From positions 1 to 64,000 of the forward strand of contig NMRA01000330.1 of assembly GCA_002633005.1 (NCBI GenBank): 64,000 nucleotides of DNA, written 5' to 3'. A program made the position numbers and the translations under genes. Positions 37,663-51,185 of this stretch are shown one piece after another. The notes below the pieces were generated by a model. The model worked only from the letters and a program-made list of their open reading frames with translations, ran no database searches and had not been told where the DNA came from. Positions within the stretch are counted from its first letter, which is position 1. Each line of letters opens with the position of its first letter. Origin of the DNA: Phoronis australis (Eukaryota; Animalia; Phoronida).

Positions 37663-39336
37663 GTATACTTGAACTAAAATACTTGTTTTCACTAAATAAA
37701 AAGAACAATAATTCGTACTGCGTTGTAACATCTATATCTCTCCATATGTAATTAAATTAAATTTTCAAAAAAATATTTTTTCTTGTAACGACTTTGCCGC
37801 TATTATTACTAAATTGTATTTCTCCATTTTTAGAATAAAACTACTTGAAAGAATACTGGTCTCACTCAGGGAGATTAAATCTCAACTATTTCAGTTCAAT
37901 TATTCATAAGTTTGAAATTGACACTTCATAAATAATTCCTGAACTTAAGAGTTATTTAAATTTCAGATTCAATTAAACCAATTGGCCCCGTAGTCCGATC
38001 ATTTTCCTTTCGATATTTTGCCACTATACTATGTTACATTGGAATTAAATTGTTGATTAATTAGACTATTTTCTGCTCATTTAAACGTGTCATAAACAGC
38101 GGGGTATCTGGCTGGTAAATTTGCGCTGCGATTCAACTGATATGCAGCGAGATATTGGAATTTCATGAAACAAACGCAGAAATGGAGGACACGTTTAAGC
38201 AAAATTAAGCAAATATTCTACGCATTATTTTGTATTTTTGCGTCCAGCTACTGTAAGTGGAATGAAATCGAGGGAAATATCTTGAGGAAAGAGACGGTTA
38301 AAAATAATAGACCACCAGTCTGAAGTTATGTAAATTGATTGCAACGCTGGTAAATACTGAATTCCTGTGTTAAGTTGGTTTGTTTTTACTGTTTTGAGTA
38401 ATTATGTCTGAACTTCAGTGAAGTCAGACAATGCTCTTTTAGCTTTTGTTATTTGCTTTCGTGTCTAGTATACGTTCGGCCTGTGTGATTGACCGTACGT
38501 CTGTGATCACATGGTTTTTAATACTTGGTTACGAGAACAGTCCCGTCGTTTAGGATGAATATCAAAATGTTAAAAATACCGTTTCCTTTGTTTTCACCAG
38601 CTTAGAACCCACAGAGAGGCCCTTCAATAGAAATTAATCACTAAAAATGAAGTAGTTCGTAAATTATAGCCCTTTGTATATTTGCGTCTTGTCATCAGCT
38701 TTTCATACACAGTGAGGCAGTGGCGGCCATTTTGTTGGTGCGCTTCAGCAGAAATCCAAAAACAGTAAAAAATTCGAAATTTCATATTTCTGTTTGTAAC
38801 AGAGATAAAGTGAAAAATAAATAAATAAATTTTAGAAAAATTGTGTCATTTTGATAGATAGAGCACCATTTGGACACAAGTTGCTTCTAAATTGGGTTAC
38901 GTTAAAATTCTTTTTGTGAACTTTTCAACTAAGTGGACAGAGTATGCTAAAACCTCTGCACGTTTCACCAATTACAATATACAGTGTGAATGGCTCTCAT
39001 GCCTCAGTCTGAATGGCTCTCAATCCCCATGGTCTACAATGTATATTTTCATTGGAAGTGCCAAAGCTGGAAATCAAAAAAGCAAGGAAACCTTTGAGGT
39101 CTATTTTTCATCGTTAAAAACGGTCTAAAACCAAATGTGTGTCATTTGCTTATCCTGAAACAAAATGGATTTAACAATAATTTTATGTTATATTTTAAGA
39201 ACAAATCGCGGAGGATTCGGTGTTTTGAGACTTTGGTTATTCAACGTAACCTGAAATCTCTCAATTCCTGACGCGCCTCTATGCGGCTAAATAGCCTTTT
39301 CTGAATGAGCAGTCTCGATACTTCCAACCGAGCATG

Positions 39337-39571
39337 CAGAGGCGGATCTACAGGGGGGGTTCAGGGGGTTTAAACCCCCCCTCGGGACAGGATCAAAAAT
39401 AAAAACTGGTAAAAAATCGCCAGAAAAACGAAATTAGCTACTAAAAATCCCAAAAAATCTTACACGGGAGGAGGGAAACCCTCTCGCGACCTTCCTTCCC
39501 CTCGGCGCTACGCGCCTCGGATTCTCTCGAGGCCTAAACCCCCCCTTACTGAAATCGTAGATCTGCCACTG
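39337..39571. mobile_element. MITE with family-B-like TIRs and 5-bp TSD GCATG
   Basis: GCATG|CAGAGGCGGATCTAC...GTAGATCTGCCACTG|GCATG. Confidence 0.85.
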
Positions 39572-40550
39572 GCATGTGACGACATAAGAAGTGTTCATCA
39601 GGCCAGCAGTAGTCAGTGGTGGAGGATATTTCGTATTTTAAAGAGGAACTTGAGCATTTTTAAAATTAACAGTGCGTTTTGTCTCTTGCGTAAGCGATGT
39701 CAACGAAGTTGACGACATTGGCTGCAGTGTTGATTAGCTCGGGTCAACTGGCTAAGACATTTGATTGGTTTAAAAGCCAGAAGTTGTCATTGAGAACCAA
39801 TGAGACAGCTTAAACGGTTGTCCCTGCGAGTACGGGTGCCGATTATGTACGAAATAGCTCCGGCTTGACTTGAGCGAGCTATACCGGCGTCTGCAGAATT
39901 CGCGGGACTTGGCCAGTGGACCTATGGCTGCCGAGGCTGTGCGACTCGAAAATCTAGATGAATCGTGAGGTTCCGTTTTTAATCGACTTTTTAGTTTCCG
40001 TGTGTTGGAAAAACCGTTTGGAGAAATTTGGAGTAACTACCAGCTACAGTACCAAGGTCAATGTAAAAAAATAGATTCCCCTTTCACTAGTTGCCGATAC
40101 ACTGCTTATGACGTCAGACGCACCGGAGTAACCTTTCCAGTTTACCTGGAGCAGTTGAGCGCGAATTGGCTTATTGATTTTAAGAATTAGTAAGCCAGGT
40201 AATGAAATGCTTATTTTATTAGCGTTGGCCTCGTGATTTGTGCTTTAAGAGCCTGAAGGCCGCCTAAGAGAAAGTGTTTTAAAAAATATTTGACATATGG
40301 TCACAAACCTCTGATGTTTGATAACAACCAAATTTTCGTTGTAACATGTTTTCTTTTCATCAACTCTTATTTTAATTTTTACAATCAGAAATTAAAAGCT
40401 ATTTATATAAATGAAAACGCAATCACTGGCTTGATAGCCTTTTTCGCAAAAAAACAATGGTCAGTTGGAATCGCATGCATGTCCCTAGTTATTTCAATGT
40501 TGATTTTTGCTAAAAATGGTCAAAATGGCTGCACGAAAATTGTGCTGGTG

Positions 40551-41387
40551 GTGTTGTAACTGTAGACGATGCCGGAAGTGAGACTGTGGTGAACTTATGT
40601 TCTCGTCATTTTGTTTTGGAACAGAGCAATCCCGGTAGCGCGCTGGTTCCCTGCCTGCTTAGCCCAGCCAGCACGCAGGTATCACGCAGTGGCACGCGCT
40701 TTAGCATTGGTCGATGGACCTCGGCAGTCACTGGTTAGCTTTACAACACCGTGACTCAAAAAATAGCAGACTGTGAACAATTTTTAGCCTTGTCATGCAA
40801 GTGACGTAGCAGCAACTATTTCGTTTCTGCAATGATAATTTAATAGCCGCGTGCTTGAAGCCCATACATGTAGGCCTACAATAAACACATATCTGGCCGA
40901 TTTAACCGGTGTGTTATTCATACTGTATGAATACAGGACATTATCGTAAACAAAAGTCATCGACAGTAGAAAGATGCATTCCGAAAAGGCTCAATCACAA
41001 TTTCTGGGATTCACATTTCCTGAACATAAATTTTTTAAAGCACCGATTTGTCTGTACAACAGACCACATTTACACTTCAGTCCATCAGTCATGCTAGTTT
41101 GTTTGCGTAAAGCGCTGCCTGTTGAGAATTTGACTAGCCAATCAGAAACGCCGGTGTAAAAAAATTCACGAGGAAAATTAAGTGATACCTGCGTGCTGGC
41201 GCGGCTAACGGCCCACATAGCGGCACGCAGGGAACCAGCGAGTCCCGGTAGTGACGTATGTAATTTCTTGGAGTTTACAATGAGACTTCTAACTAAGTAA
41301 TGAAAGTTTGAAAAGTGATGTCTGTGCATAAGAATTCCGATTGCGAAAAAGATTCGACGTTACAATATAATCTACGGTTACAGTAAC
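40551..41387. mobile_element. Long-TIR (foldback-like) non-autonomous DNA element
   Basis: Perfect inverted pairs 40667-40685/41182-41200 (19 bp) and 40641-40654/41227-41240 (14 bp); outer TGTAACTGTAGA / TCTACGGTTACA. Confidence 0.7.
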
Positions 41388-42006
41388 TGAGTCAGTGTTT
41401 AGATTTCAGTAACGCCTCATTGGCTTGGTACACGCAAAGATTACAGATTGCAACGAGATCGGATTACAGCAGTTTAAATTTAATTGAATTTCAATTAAAT
41501 TGAATTTGAGGTATTAAACTGAATTTACTTGTTATATCACATGATTAACGTCAAACAAAAGAACCGACTGAAGTAAAAATTATACAAAATTGGAGATTTG
41601 CCTTGAAATTAAAGAATTTGTCAAAATACAGTAGACACACGTCCTTTCATCACATCCATTCCAAGAAGCCAAATAAATGTAGGTAGGCCTACTAGCAAAA
41701 TAATCCCTATTATCTTTCAGAACTTGGACACTTTCTTCTCTGGTTATGTAGCATAAGAATTCTAATTAAAATTTGAAATATAAATAGATATATAACTGAT
41801 CCCCAAAATCTCTGTTGAATTGAACCAGAGAATATTAGAAAGATGTCTTAACGGTGCAATAAACATTGTATTTTGTTAAGAACAACTTTTGACTTAGGAC
41901 ACTTAAAGTATGTCTTACCTTGTTCCTCATTCAAGTTAGGGATACGTTTCAGTCTCGAGAAGAACTGAAACTTCATTGCGGCAATACCCGGATATAACGT
42001 GCCCGT

Positions 42007-42062
42007 ATTTTGAGAACCAGTTTGCTGCCCGTTATTCAGTGGAGAAAATTGGTTCTCAAAAT
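42007..42062. repeat. Short hairpin-type interspersed element; related copy at 56009-56064
   Basis: ATTTTGAGAACCAGTTT...AAATTGGTTCTCAAAAT around TATTCAGTGGAG; the same core occurs in MICOS10 intron 2. Confidence 0.6.
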
Positions 42063-42950
42063 CATCAGCTGGTTATCATGGCAGGTTAGTGTCAGCCACC
42101 CAAGCAATATGGCCGCCAAAGGAATGTCAGTCGTTTCATTGTAACCGATTTAAATTAAAAAGCATGAGAATGAATGCCACGACGTTCGTTTGGTTTTGAA
42201 ACAGTTTTAAAAACTGCCACAGCCCAAAATGCATGTCATTGGTTCTGTTATGACTAACGTTATGAAAGGTATTCTTTGCACTTCATTTTTAAATTTCAAA
42301 GAACAGACTTTAAAGGGAATCATTTATAATCTCAATTCATGAGATTTTCAGTGTAACTACATGTACGCGTCACAAAATCTTTTATGAAATATTGACGAAC
42401 AAAATCAATTCATTTTCGAAGTCACCTTCTTCAACATTGAAGTCCCACCTTGACAAACCTTGACCTCTTGGTAAACACTGTTCTCCATGCTAAGCTTTCT
42501 GGTCGGCAATAAAATTCAAACTTGCCACACCAGTCATCTTAAAAAACGACGCTAAACAATCTCGAACAAACTTATTATCTGTTTAACACGGCAATACAAA
42601 TGTATTAAATTTAAAATTACAATATTTGTCGTTTTATAATGTGAATTCGTATAACGACTAAGAAGTTTACAAATTAATGTCAACGTTTAATTTCAATTAA
42701 CCACTTGGTAGATTCAAATTTCATTTCTGTCAAAGGATTATTACGCAAATGCACAGTTTCTCAAGGACAAATTTTGGAAAGACATCTTTTTGGATTCTCA
42801 TACCTAACAATATTATAATTTACATAAGGAGCAAGGAAGTTCAGCTTCGTGTGACAACCATTTTTAAGCTTAGTCAACAAGGTTTCCCTAGGATGAGTAA
42901 TTTGCTTGAAAGTATTTAACGAGTAATGTTTGAATATGGTAAATAAAAAG

Positions 42951-43052
42951 GTTGAATATTATTTGCCAAGCCTGAATAATATTGGCCAAAAAAGCTTGAA
43001 TAATATTGTTCAAGCTTGATAAATATTGGTCAAGCTTGAACAATATTGATCA
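42951..43052. repeat. ~20-bp tandem repeat with palindromic subunits
   Basis: About 5 units of CAAGCTTGAATAATATTGGT. Confidence 0.75.
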
Positions 43053-43240
43053 GACGTACTTTCAAGCTTGAAAAAGGTTACTGTGTAACAATTATTTAAG
43101 CTTGTCGAATGTTATTTTCTATGTTAAACCGATGTGATAAAGTTTAATTTAAAAACCGCTAAAACATGTTCTGGTGTTAAACAGATCAACATACATCACA
43201 GGCGTATTGGCTGTTTCAAGAGAACGTCACGCATTCTTAG

Positions 43241-43502
43241 CATGGGCGCACCCAATGGGGGCTCGAACGAGCCCCCCCAATTTGGCGAATTGAGCAAAAC
43301 GGTCCGCCTCAGAAAAACAAAAAGTCCGGGTAAACGAGACAAAAATCCACAAATCCAGGAGAAGTAGGCGCAGATGCACAATTCGTGGGCCTCAACCTAG
43401 TGGCTCCGTTTTTTTTTAGTTCTCGTTAATTTCTTTTAGTAAAATGTCCGGATATCGAAAAATTCGAGCCCACCCTTAAATTTTAGGCTGGGTGGGCGAA
43501 TG
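43241..43502. mobile_element. MITE family C, 5-bp TSD CTTAG
   Basis: CTTAG|CATGGGCGCACCCA...TGGGTGGGCGAATG|CTTAG. Confidence 0.85.
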
Positions 43503-44076
43503 CTTAGCCATAGTTTAAATTGAAGTTGGTTTAAAAAATCACTTGGAATTCCTCTGACGACCGTATTTTCATGGAGACTGGAACGAACCCATCGCGACAA
43601 GCAACTCATTGATACGCGATCTGAACGAAATAACAGCATCTCACTACGTTTAAAGCCTAGAAGTAGTTCCTAATCTCAGTAAGGCACAAGATGAAATAAG
43701 TTTTATAACAGTAAGTGTCGAGGATTTAAATTTAATAAAGAGGTATTTAACTTTTCACCAAGTGACATGTATCGATTTTTATTGCAAAAAGGCTAAAGAG
43801 GTGTATTCTATGACTTGAGTGGTGAAAGTACAAAATTTTGTTACTCGTCGGACACGTTACATCGGTCGACATTCATTTTCCACAACATTTTTAATAGTGC
43901 TGCGACGATTCGACGACTTGTCGCCGACATGGTCGCTAATAGCATAGAACCGAAATCGATTCCATTAGATAATAAAATCGATTTTGTGCTTTCGCTAAAA
44001 ATTTGAAAATTTGCGTAAATGAGGCGACGCACGTAAATCTTTATCTAGCATTGCTACACAATTAAAAAGTCACATA

Positions 44077-44397
44077 CAGTGGCGGATTTTTTTTTGGGGG
44101 GGGGGGGGGCAAGGGGGTCATGGCACCCTCCTAAAATTCTCCCAGATTCCATTTGGCAGTTTGAGGTGAAAATTGCTGACTGGCATTTGCGCGCACCTAG
44201 GGTGCCTCGGGTGCTAATGCACAATGAATAGCCTTGAGCAAACCCTGTTTACCCATTTTTTGGTAATAAGGTCCACAAACCCAAGAGTTCAAGACCCCCT
44301 ACATCCCTGCATTTTAGCCAGGGTTTGTGCATGGGGCGAAATTGTGGTTATTCCTGTGCACTTGCCCCCCTAACTCAAAATCCTAGATCCGCCCCTG
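44077..44397. mobile_element. MITE family B copy containing a nested, degenerate family C element (about 44184-44333)
   Basis: Outer CAGTGGCGGATTT...TAGATCCGCCCCTG with flanks ACATA/ACATT; inner CATTTGCGCGCACC...AAGGTCCACA...GGGTTTGTGCATG. Confidence 0.75.
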
Positions 44398-46619
44398 ACA
44401 TTAACAGGGCAGTCATCTTGGCCGAACGCAACCATTCGTAGGGCAGCGTCATCTGTTGTCCCCTAAAGAAATGAATCCACCATCTTTTGATCAGGTCTCA
44501 TTGGCAATCACAGCAAACAACCTTGCCAGTATTCAGCGACAATTTGACTCAAAACCGATTCGGAATCAAGCCTAAAAGTGGAAACGGTTTCCGATTAATT
44601 GACTTCAAGAGTCCGATTGCTACCTCTATTTTTAATCTGAATTGTTTCGGCAGCCGGAATGACTGTCCGGCATTGATTCATCGTAACTCACTGCATGCAA
44701 ATGGTGTGTTTTGTGTGAATCTGGAAAATTTCGTGAATCTGCTCATTTATTGAAGTTGTCGACTATACTTGTGGTAGTCGTAAAAGATGGGAAATATATT
44801 TCACTTCAGAATCAGTTTTATTGGTCTTTGTGCAATTTTGGGAAGTTTTTGGCCAACTTAGACATTTTTCATATTTTCAGGTTTTGTACACTCCGTATAA
44901 AAAGAGTTTGAGGTAGCTGAACCTGAATTTTCATGCCCAAAACCAACAAAAATGTTGGGTGCCACCTTGATCGGCCCAGATATTCGAATAAAACGTCAAC
45001 CATACAGTGCGTTTTGTACCTTCGCGAAGGAGGAGTCTTGAATTTAGGAAGTGCGAGTCTATTCACCGGAAAAAACCGAGGCGCGCGCACCAGCACCAGC
45101 GCTGTGTTTAACCAATTTTGTAATTAAAGGTAACTTAATACCTGCAGTAGGACGTCTCCGATATTCGTCAAAACCATACAACATTAAGCGAAGTTATGAA
45201 GACTTCATTTATGATAGCCGAATTCCCGGGATAAAAGATAACGGCAGTTATTTTCAAGACATACTTTGGTAGGTAACATAAACAGAATTCGCAAGTTTGT
45301 ACAAAACCGTTGAAATAACGGCAAATTTACCCTTTTCTCGAACTCCTGCCCCAGGGAACAAAAACGTCGAGGTTCCAGATGAGAAAACGTTTTTATGAAT
45401 AAGCAAGAATTACTCTATTATTATTTATAACTACACAATTATTTATTATGAATATTTGCATTTTCTTCTAAAAATGTTATCTGGCATTTCTTTTTCTGCA
45501 CCCAATTTGTTGGTATATTTGATAGTTCAATCTAGGCTGTTAACTTAAAACCAAAAACATCGAAGGTATTTATACCACTTTAAACTATTAAATAAACAAG
45601 AAAACAACATTATGAAGTAACAAAACTATCCTAGCGAGGCTTATTTGTAAAACGTTATTGACTATTAGTACAAAAGCGTCCAGTTTCGAGTCTCTTGCGA
45701 CTTATTTTTCATGCAGACAAAAGTTAGTCAAAATATCTGACAGAACATACCAGCTTTTTACATTTTTGGACGGTGACAGGTTTTTAACCTAGAGAGAGAT
45801 GATGTAATCGAGGAAGAAAATTTGGCAGTTTTCTTGTCCTTTGGCAGTAACCTTCAGGTGTAAATCTCCCAGAAGTATCCCTCACGTAAGCATACCGCTA
45901 CAATTTCCTCCTAACAACGTGAGGAAAATCAAAGTCGGAGATCGTCTCTTTGTGCGTGTACAATAGACGGAGACGTCATTTTGTCATTCCTTTAGTAAGT
46001 GCTCTGTACAGTCTGAATAGTATTGACGGGAGAGGTGGAGTATCGTGACAATAGATCCATTACCCGTCGGCACCACTATGTCTGCAAACCTCTCGTGAGT
46101 TTTCACTTGTCCAAAATCAGGGAACAATAACACGATAAGGACTGGGCTGTAATTTTTAAATGTGCAACAGAGATAATGAGAGTTGCAGGAAGGTCGGGCA
46201 CGCGAGCGGCTATAGCCTCCGTGTCAAGATATATGTTGGTAAATTGAGCAGACATTTTGCTCTTGTTACAAAAGTGGGCATATTCAATGACTTGGCAGGA
46301 TTATGCTAAATTCCCACAATCGGGTCGGAACATTGACAGCGCGGTAAACGTACGCGTTACGTAATTTCACATAAAAAGAACCAATGAGTTTTATTTTGAA
46401 ACACAACTTCCGTAGTGAAAACTAAACAAAATATTTATTTCTAGTCCGTAATAGTTTTCTCTCACTTTTTAGCACTGTAAGTAAATAAGGTCAATTCTTT
46501 TATAAGCTAAGTTTCTAAATGAACTAAGATTGCACACAGTCACTGTGCATGCTTAAGAAATAAAAATAGTTATCTATAAAGTTTCAACCATACTTGAACC
46601 AGGAGTGACCTAAATGTTA

Positions 46620-47030
46620 AAGCTGCGTTCCGCCGTGCGGTTTAGCTGACTAAAATGAAAATCGAATTAGGTCTTTTACGCTCATCAAATCGGTCCTATA
46701 ACATTCCTTGCCGTGGGAGTCCATTTCGTTTGCGCTTAACAACTAAAGTCATGAGCAATGCGCCACTTTCGAATTCGCAATTCTAGGGTTGGCTTCAGTA
46801 CCCTAATATACTCCGAAGCGTTTTCTCGAGTCGCAGGTGGTTTCGATGTTCTTATTGTTAACGGAAATTAAACTCCGAAGGGTTTTCATGAGCCGCTGAT
46901 GGTTTCGATGTTTTTGTTGGTAACAGAAATAGAATCCTATCACGGTAACGAATACTGTTAGACCAACTTCATGATTCAGTAAAAGACTTCATTCGATTTT
47001 TGATTTTAGCCAGCTATACTGCGCTATATG
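46620..47030. mobile_element. TIR element (family D), copy 1
   Basis: TAGCTGACTAAAATGAAAATCGAAT at 46643 is inverted to ATTCGATTTTTGATTTTAGCCAGCTA ending 47016; homologous to 50860-51185. Confidence 0.65.
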
Positions 47031-48701
47031 AAAGGTCAAGTGCTAGACAAAAGTTTCACTTGAAAATATTTGCATATAGTTGAATTATGCTATCAAAGGG
47101 ACCTAAACAACCAAAGATTCTCAAACACAAATAACCACACTTTCCACTTAGTCTCGGAATTTTTTCAACTATTGCAAGGAAAAACCGTAAGACGTGTAGG
47201 AGTGAGACGCGGGAATTTTTCTCTTCTGTGCGAAAGCTTTATCAGAACTCTATGTGGCTTCTTATTTCTAATACTACGGATTGCTCTGCACATGCCTTGG
47301 CAGCGCCCTCATACGACCAGAGGGGCTGAACGTTGACATTATGAGTAATGTATGCACATTCTTCTCAAAATCAACATAAAACTACCATGCCAACCGTGTT
47401 TTTAGTTTTCTGTGCCACAAATGAAACTCGTGTCTCGACTTGTTGACAGTACAATGACACTGGTTTGACCCAATTAACGGAAAACGTCACGTTACAGAGA
47501 GGGTAATATCAGGTGTCTTAGAAATTCGTTGACAAATGTTTATTGAGAAAAACACATAAAATAAGAGTAGATCCCAGAAAGCCATGGAAACCATCATATA
47601 TGGTAATGAACAAAGTGACAAAAAGTTTGCTTGAAACCACTTCTGCAAGATCCCGTCCCAAGAACACGGTACTGGTGAAATTTTAAAAAGCGTAAACCAG
47701 ATTCTCAATAAATAATTTGTGTTGCGTAACCAATATTACAATGCTCCTGTGAGCAAACCACGTCGTAGGTTTTGGTTAGGGCAATCTGCTTAACGACTAT
47801 AATCAGTTCACAATACTGATGAAAGACCGGTGAAAAAAACGCCGGACATGACTGGTTGATTATTATTCTGTAGCATGACTTCAACCAAAACTGTTGGACC
47901 ATTTCCAAAAAGGGTAAATAACCACCGGTAGAGCTAGGAGACAAAGGAATTTGAAAATTCCTTCAGTGCGGCACCAAAGTTTAGCTCAAAGTAGTAACCA
48001 ATACATAATGAATGTCTCCCAATTTTAGACGGTACCCATGTCAGCTATATATATGTCGTCCATGTCGACTTCATAGTCCGAAGCGGATGAGTTTTTGACT
48101 TAAGTAATCTATCATGTTCTTTAACGACATCGATTCCTACACTGCTTCTACTTGGAAGTTATTTCTTCAAAATGGCGCCAATACTCGGACGATCACGACC
48201 TCATCATCGAATATCAAACTGTCGTACCGTACTCTATGACCTCAACTCGATCTTTGCGTCTGGGAACCAGGCCATGCAACCAACCACCCAATGATGCTGA
48301 GTCCACGGATTGTCAAAGTCGATTTTAAATATTTTTACATGCACTAGCTGAGAAGTGTTCCCGAAGCTCGTTTACAGTTAAGCAACAATTGTGATAGATA
48401 ATAAATAACACCAGACAAGACTGAAAAAAACACGATATGTGAAACTGTAAATTGGGTGACAATCTGCCAATACACGTGCATAGGTATATTAGATAAAGCA
48501 AAAGCTGAGGAAATCGAATACTGACAAAACATAACTATAAAGATGAGAGATGAGTAAGGACATACACATGTCGATCTACATTGACTAAGCCTGCAAATGC
48601 GTGAAAGTTGTACAAAACTGCTATTTTTAATTTCATTTCCAGTTTTTATCTCTTCAGGTCTCTTTCGTCATCATTGTAACATAGTGGCTGTGCGGAATTT
48701 T

Positions 48702-48930
48702 GGTGAAACTGGCCCTAGAATTCCAAGATCATAACTTTGAGAACACGGGTGAAACTGGCCCTAGAAGTCCAAGATCATAACGTTGAGAACACAGGTGAAA
48801 CTGGCCCTAGAAGTCCAAGATCATTACTTTGAGAACACGGGTGAAACTGACCCTAGAAGTCCAAGATCATAACTTTGAGAACACGGGTGAAGCTGACCTT
48901 AGAAGTCCAACATCACTACTTTGAAAACAC
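48702..48930. repeat. 46-bp minisatellite, 5 units
   Basis: Unit GGTGAAACTGGCCCTAGAAGTCCAAGATCATAACTTTGAGAACACG, head-to-tail with no spacers. Confidence 0.93.
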
Positions 48931-50859
48931 TGCATCCACAAGTGTTTTTTTGTAGTCAACGGACAAAATGTTCGCCACTTCAGCTTGTATCGTTCTGTTT
49001 ACCCATTCTTATGCAGTGATCCGAGCCAAGACACTGTAACAACGCCCCGTGTTTGATGTTTTACTCATCGAACCATTCACAATGTTCACTACGCTTGCGC
49101 ACCTTTTGTGAGCATATACTTTTATTTTAATTTCAAATAACAATTGTCTCAGAAGTGACGTCACCCACCTTGAAGTTTGATACTATGAAAAGAAGAAAAA
49201 CAACATCGTCTTGTGAATCTAGGTAAAAAATATCAGAGATGTCTTACGATACAAGTGAAGTATTTAAAAGCATTCGTTCGACTGCTAAGACACAATATTT
49301 CTTCAGTCAGTTAGACCGAGAACAATATAATCGATAAGCAAGTCGGTAATCATAGATAATTATAGGCTGCGGACTCGGAAGCCGGTACAGCGCCGGTTCC
49401 TAAGTAGCTTCGAGATATCACTCGGTCAATTAATTTCCAACCAAATTCGACCGTCTTTAATGAAGTATCACAATAAAAGTGTTCAGGCGATAAATCACTA
49501 TGGAATTTCTTTCTTCGCGTAAAAGATTACATTTACTGCGTGATGACGATTTTGCCCACATTTTCCGAGGACTACGATCAAACTTTCAAAAACGACAAGA
49601 CAGTAGTGGCAGGCCCACCAGAACCGCAACAGGAAGATTTATCAATTCTAAATTTTATTTGCTTAATTATTGTTTTAGCTAATTACTTCATCCCATTTGC
49701 TAACATTCGTTCAGTTTAATCTATGTCTTCCTTCTATGTTCGACACCCAAGCCATGCAAGTATTCTACAGCAATATTATCCAACAACAAAATTAAACAAG
49801 TCAATTAATTAACTAATTAATTCTTTTATTTTACGTCATCAGACTACACATATTAGCTTTTGGCATTATTACCTACTTTTGGGTGCAACGATCGGTCAGT
49901 AAAATTTTTACGTAAATCTTGGATTTCTAATAAAAATGTCAAACACGTCTCGAAGCTCTCATAAATTGGTGCTTTCAACTACTAATTTTTTACCTTGTCA
50001 CAAGACTTCATAGATGTCAAGGCATTTAGACAAACATCCACAAGACTTTACAATTTAGGTCAGTAAAATTGTGCGCAATTTGATTTTGACTATGATTACC
50101 GTGCCATTCATAGAGTGACGTGTCCATGACTTTTAGCCAACAAGAAAAGAACGTAATGATAGGTAAACTGCGATGTCAGTCACGTGATTCAATTTGTCTC
50201 CAGATAGTCAACAATAAATCTTCAAATACAGTTGGAGTTTTCTAAACTTCCTTTCGATTTTGTTTGATGCAAATTTTGAGTTTTTCAAAAACATCATTAA
50301 AGTCATGATTTTTAAAAAGCAGCCCTTGAGAATTGATTCTAAGTGTTTCCGAAATAGTTTATAAATCACAGTAGACAGTGAAAGTTTCATTTCAACCATC
50401 CGAAATTTTAGAGAATATAGAAATTCAAACGAGAATAAAACAAACGTGATGATGACTGCTACTTGTGCGGAAATGTTGAGCTATGAGCTGTCATCGAAGT
50501 CCAATTAAAGTCTACGAAAATAATTACAAGTTGAAAGCGAGCACACGACGTTGAACAAATGAAGCGTGTTTCGTTATTACATTTGAATTGGATTATGAAT
50601 AAATGGTGTTCAAGCATTTTGTCAACGAATAGCCAATTACAAACAAGCTAGAACTGAAAAAAAGTCCTCATGGATATCCAGAGACAAGTTGGAATTTTTA
50701 TGTAACTTGAACTACAGTTGTGTAAAGAACATTTATTGGGGATATACATGTAATGAGTACAAGAGATACATCTTAAGCAACAGAGATCGTCAACCAAAAT
50801 CTCCCCACGAATAGATACGTAAGGAAGATGGAAAAGGACACATACAAAAGATGTACAGA

Positions 50860-51185
50860 TAAAGGTATGTTACGTCATGCTTAGCTGGCTAAAAACGAAA
50901 ATCGAATTAGGCCTTTAAATTCACTCTCGTAAAACCAGTCTCAAATTATTCCTTGTCGTAATAGAATTCCGTCTGCACTGCCAACAAAAGCACTCGAGAA
51001 AACGTTTCCGAGTTTATCGAGGTTGGCCAATGCTAAAATTGCAAATTCGAAAATGACGCATGTACGCTTTGCCCAAGACTTCACTTGGTGACGGAAATGG
51101 GGTCCTTACCGCGGTAACAAAGATTACAAGACCGACCTTGGGAATCAGAATAAAACAAGTTTTAGCCAGAGATATACAGGGCGAA
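50860..51185. mobile_element. TIR element (family D), copy 2
   Basis: TTAGCTGGCTAAAAACGAAAATCGAATTAGG...TTTTAGCCAG; collinear similarity to 46620-47030. Confidence 0.6.

Larger units (their letters stand above)
36009..38378. repeat. Near-identical ~1.1-1.2 kb tandem duplication separated by a single 'n' (likely haplotype/assembly artefact)
   Basis: 36009-37141 and 37143-38378 are collinear; n at 37142; they differ by SNPs and minisatellite copy number. Confidence 0.9.

Noticed and set aside
48702-48930. 46-bp repeats as a CRISPR array
   Set aside because: Contiguous tandem units without spacers.
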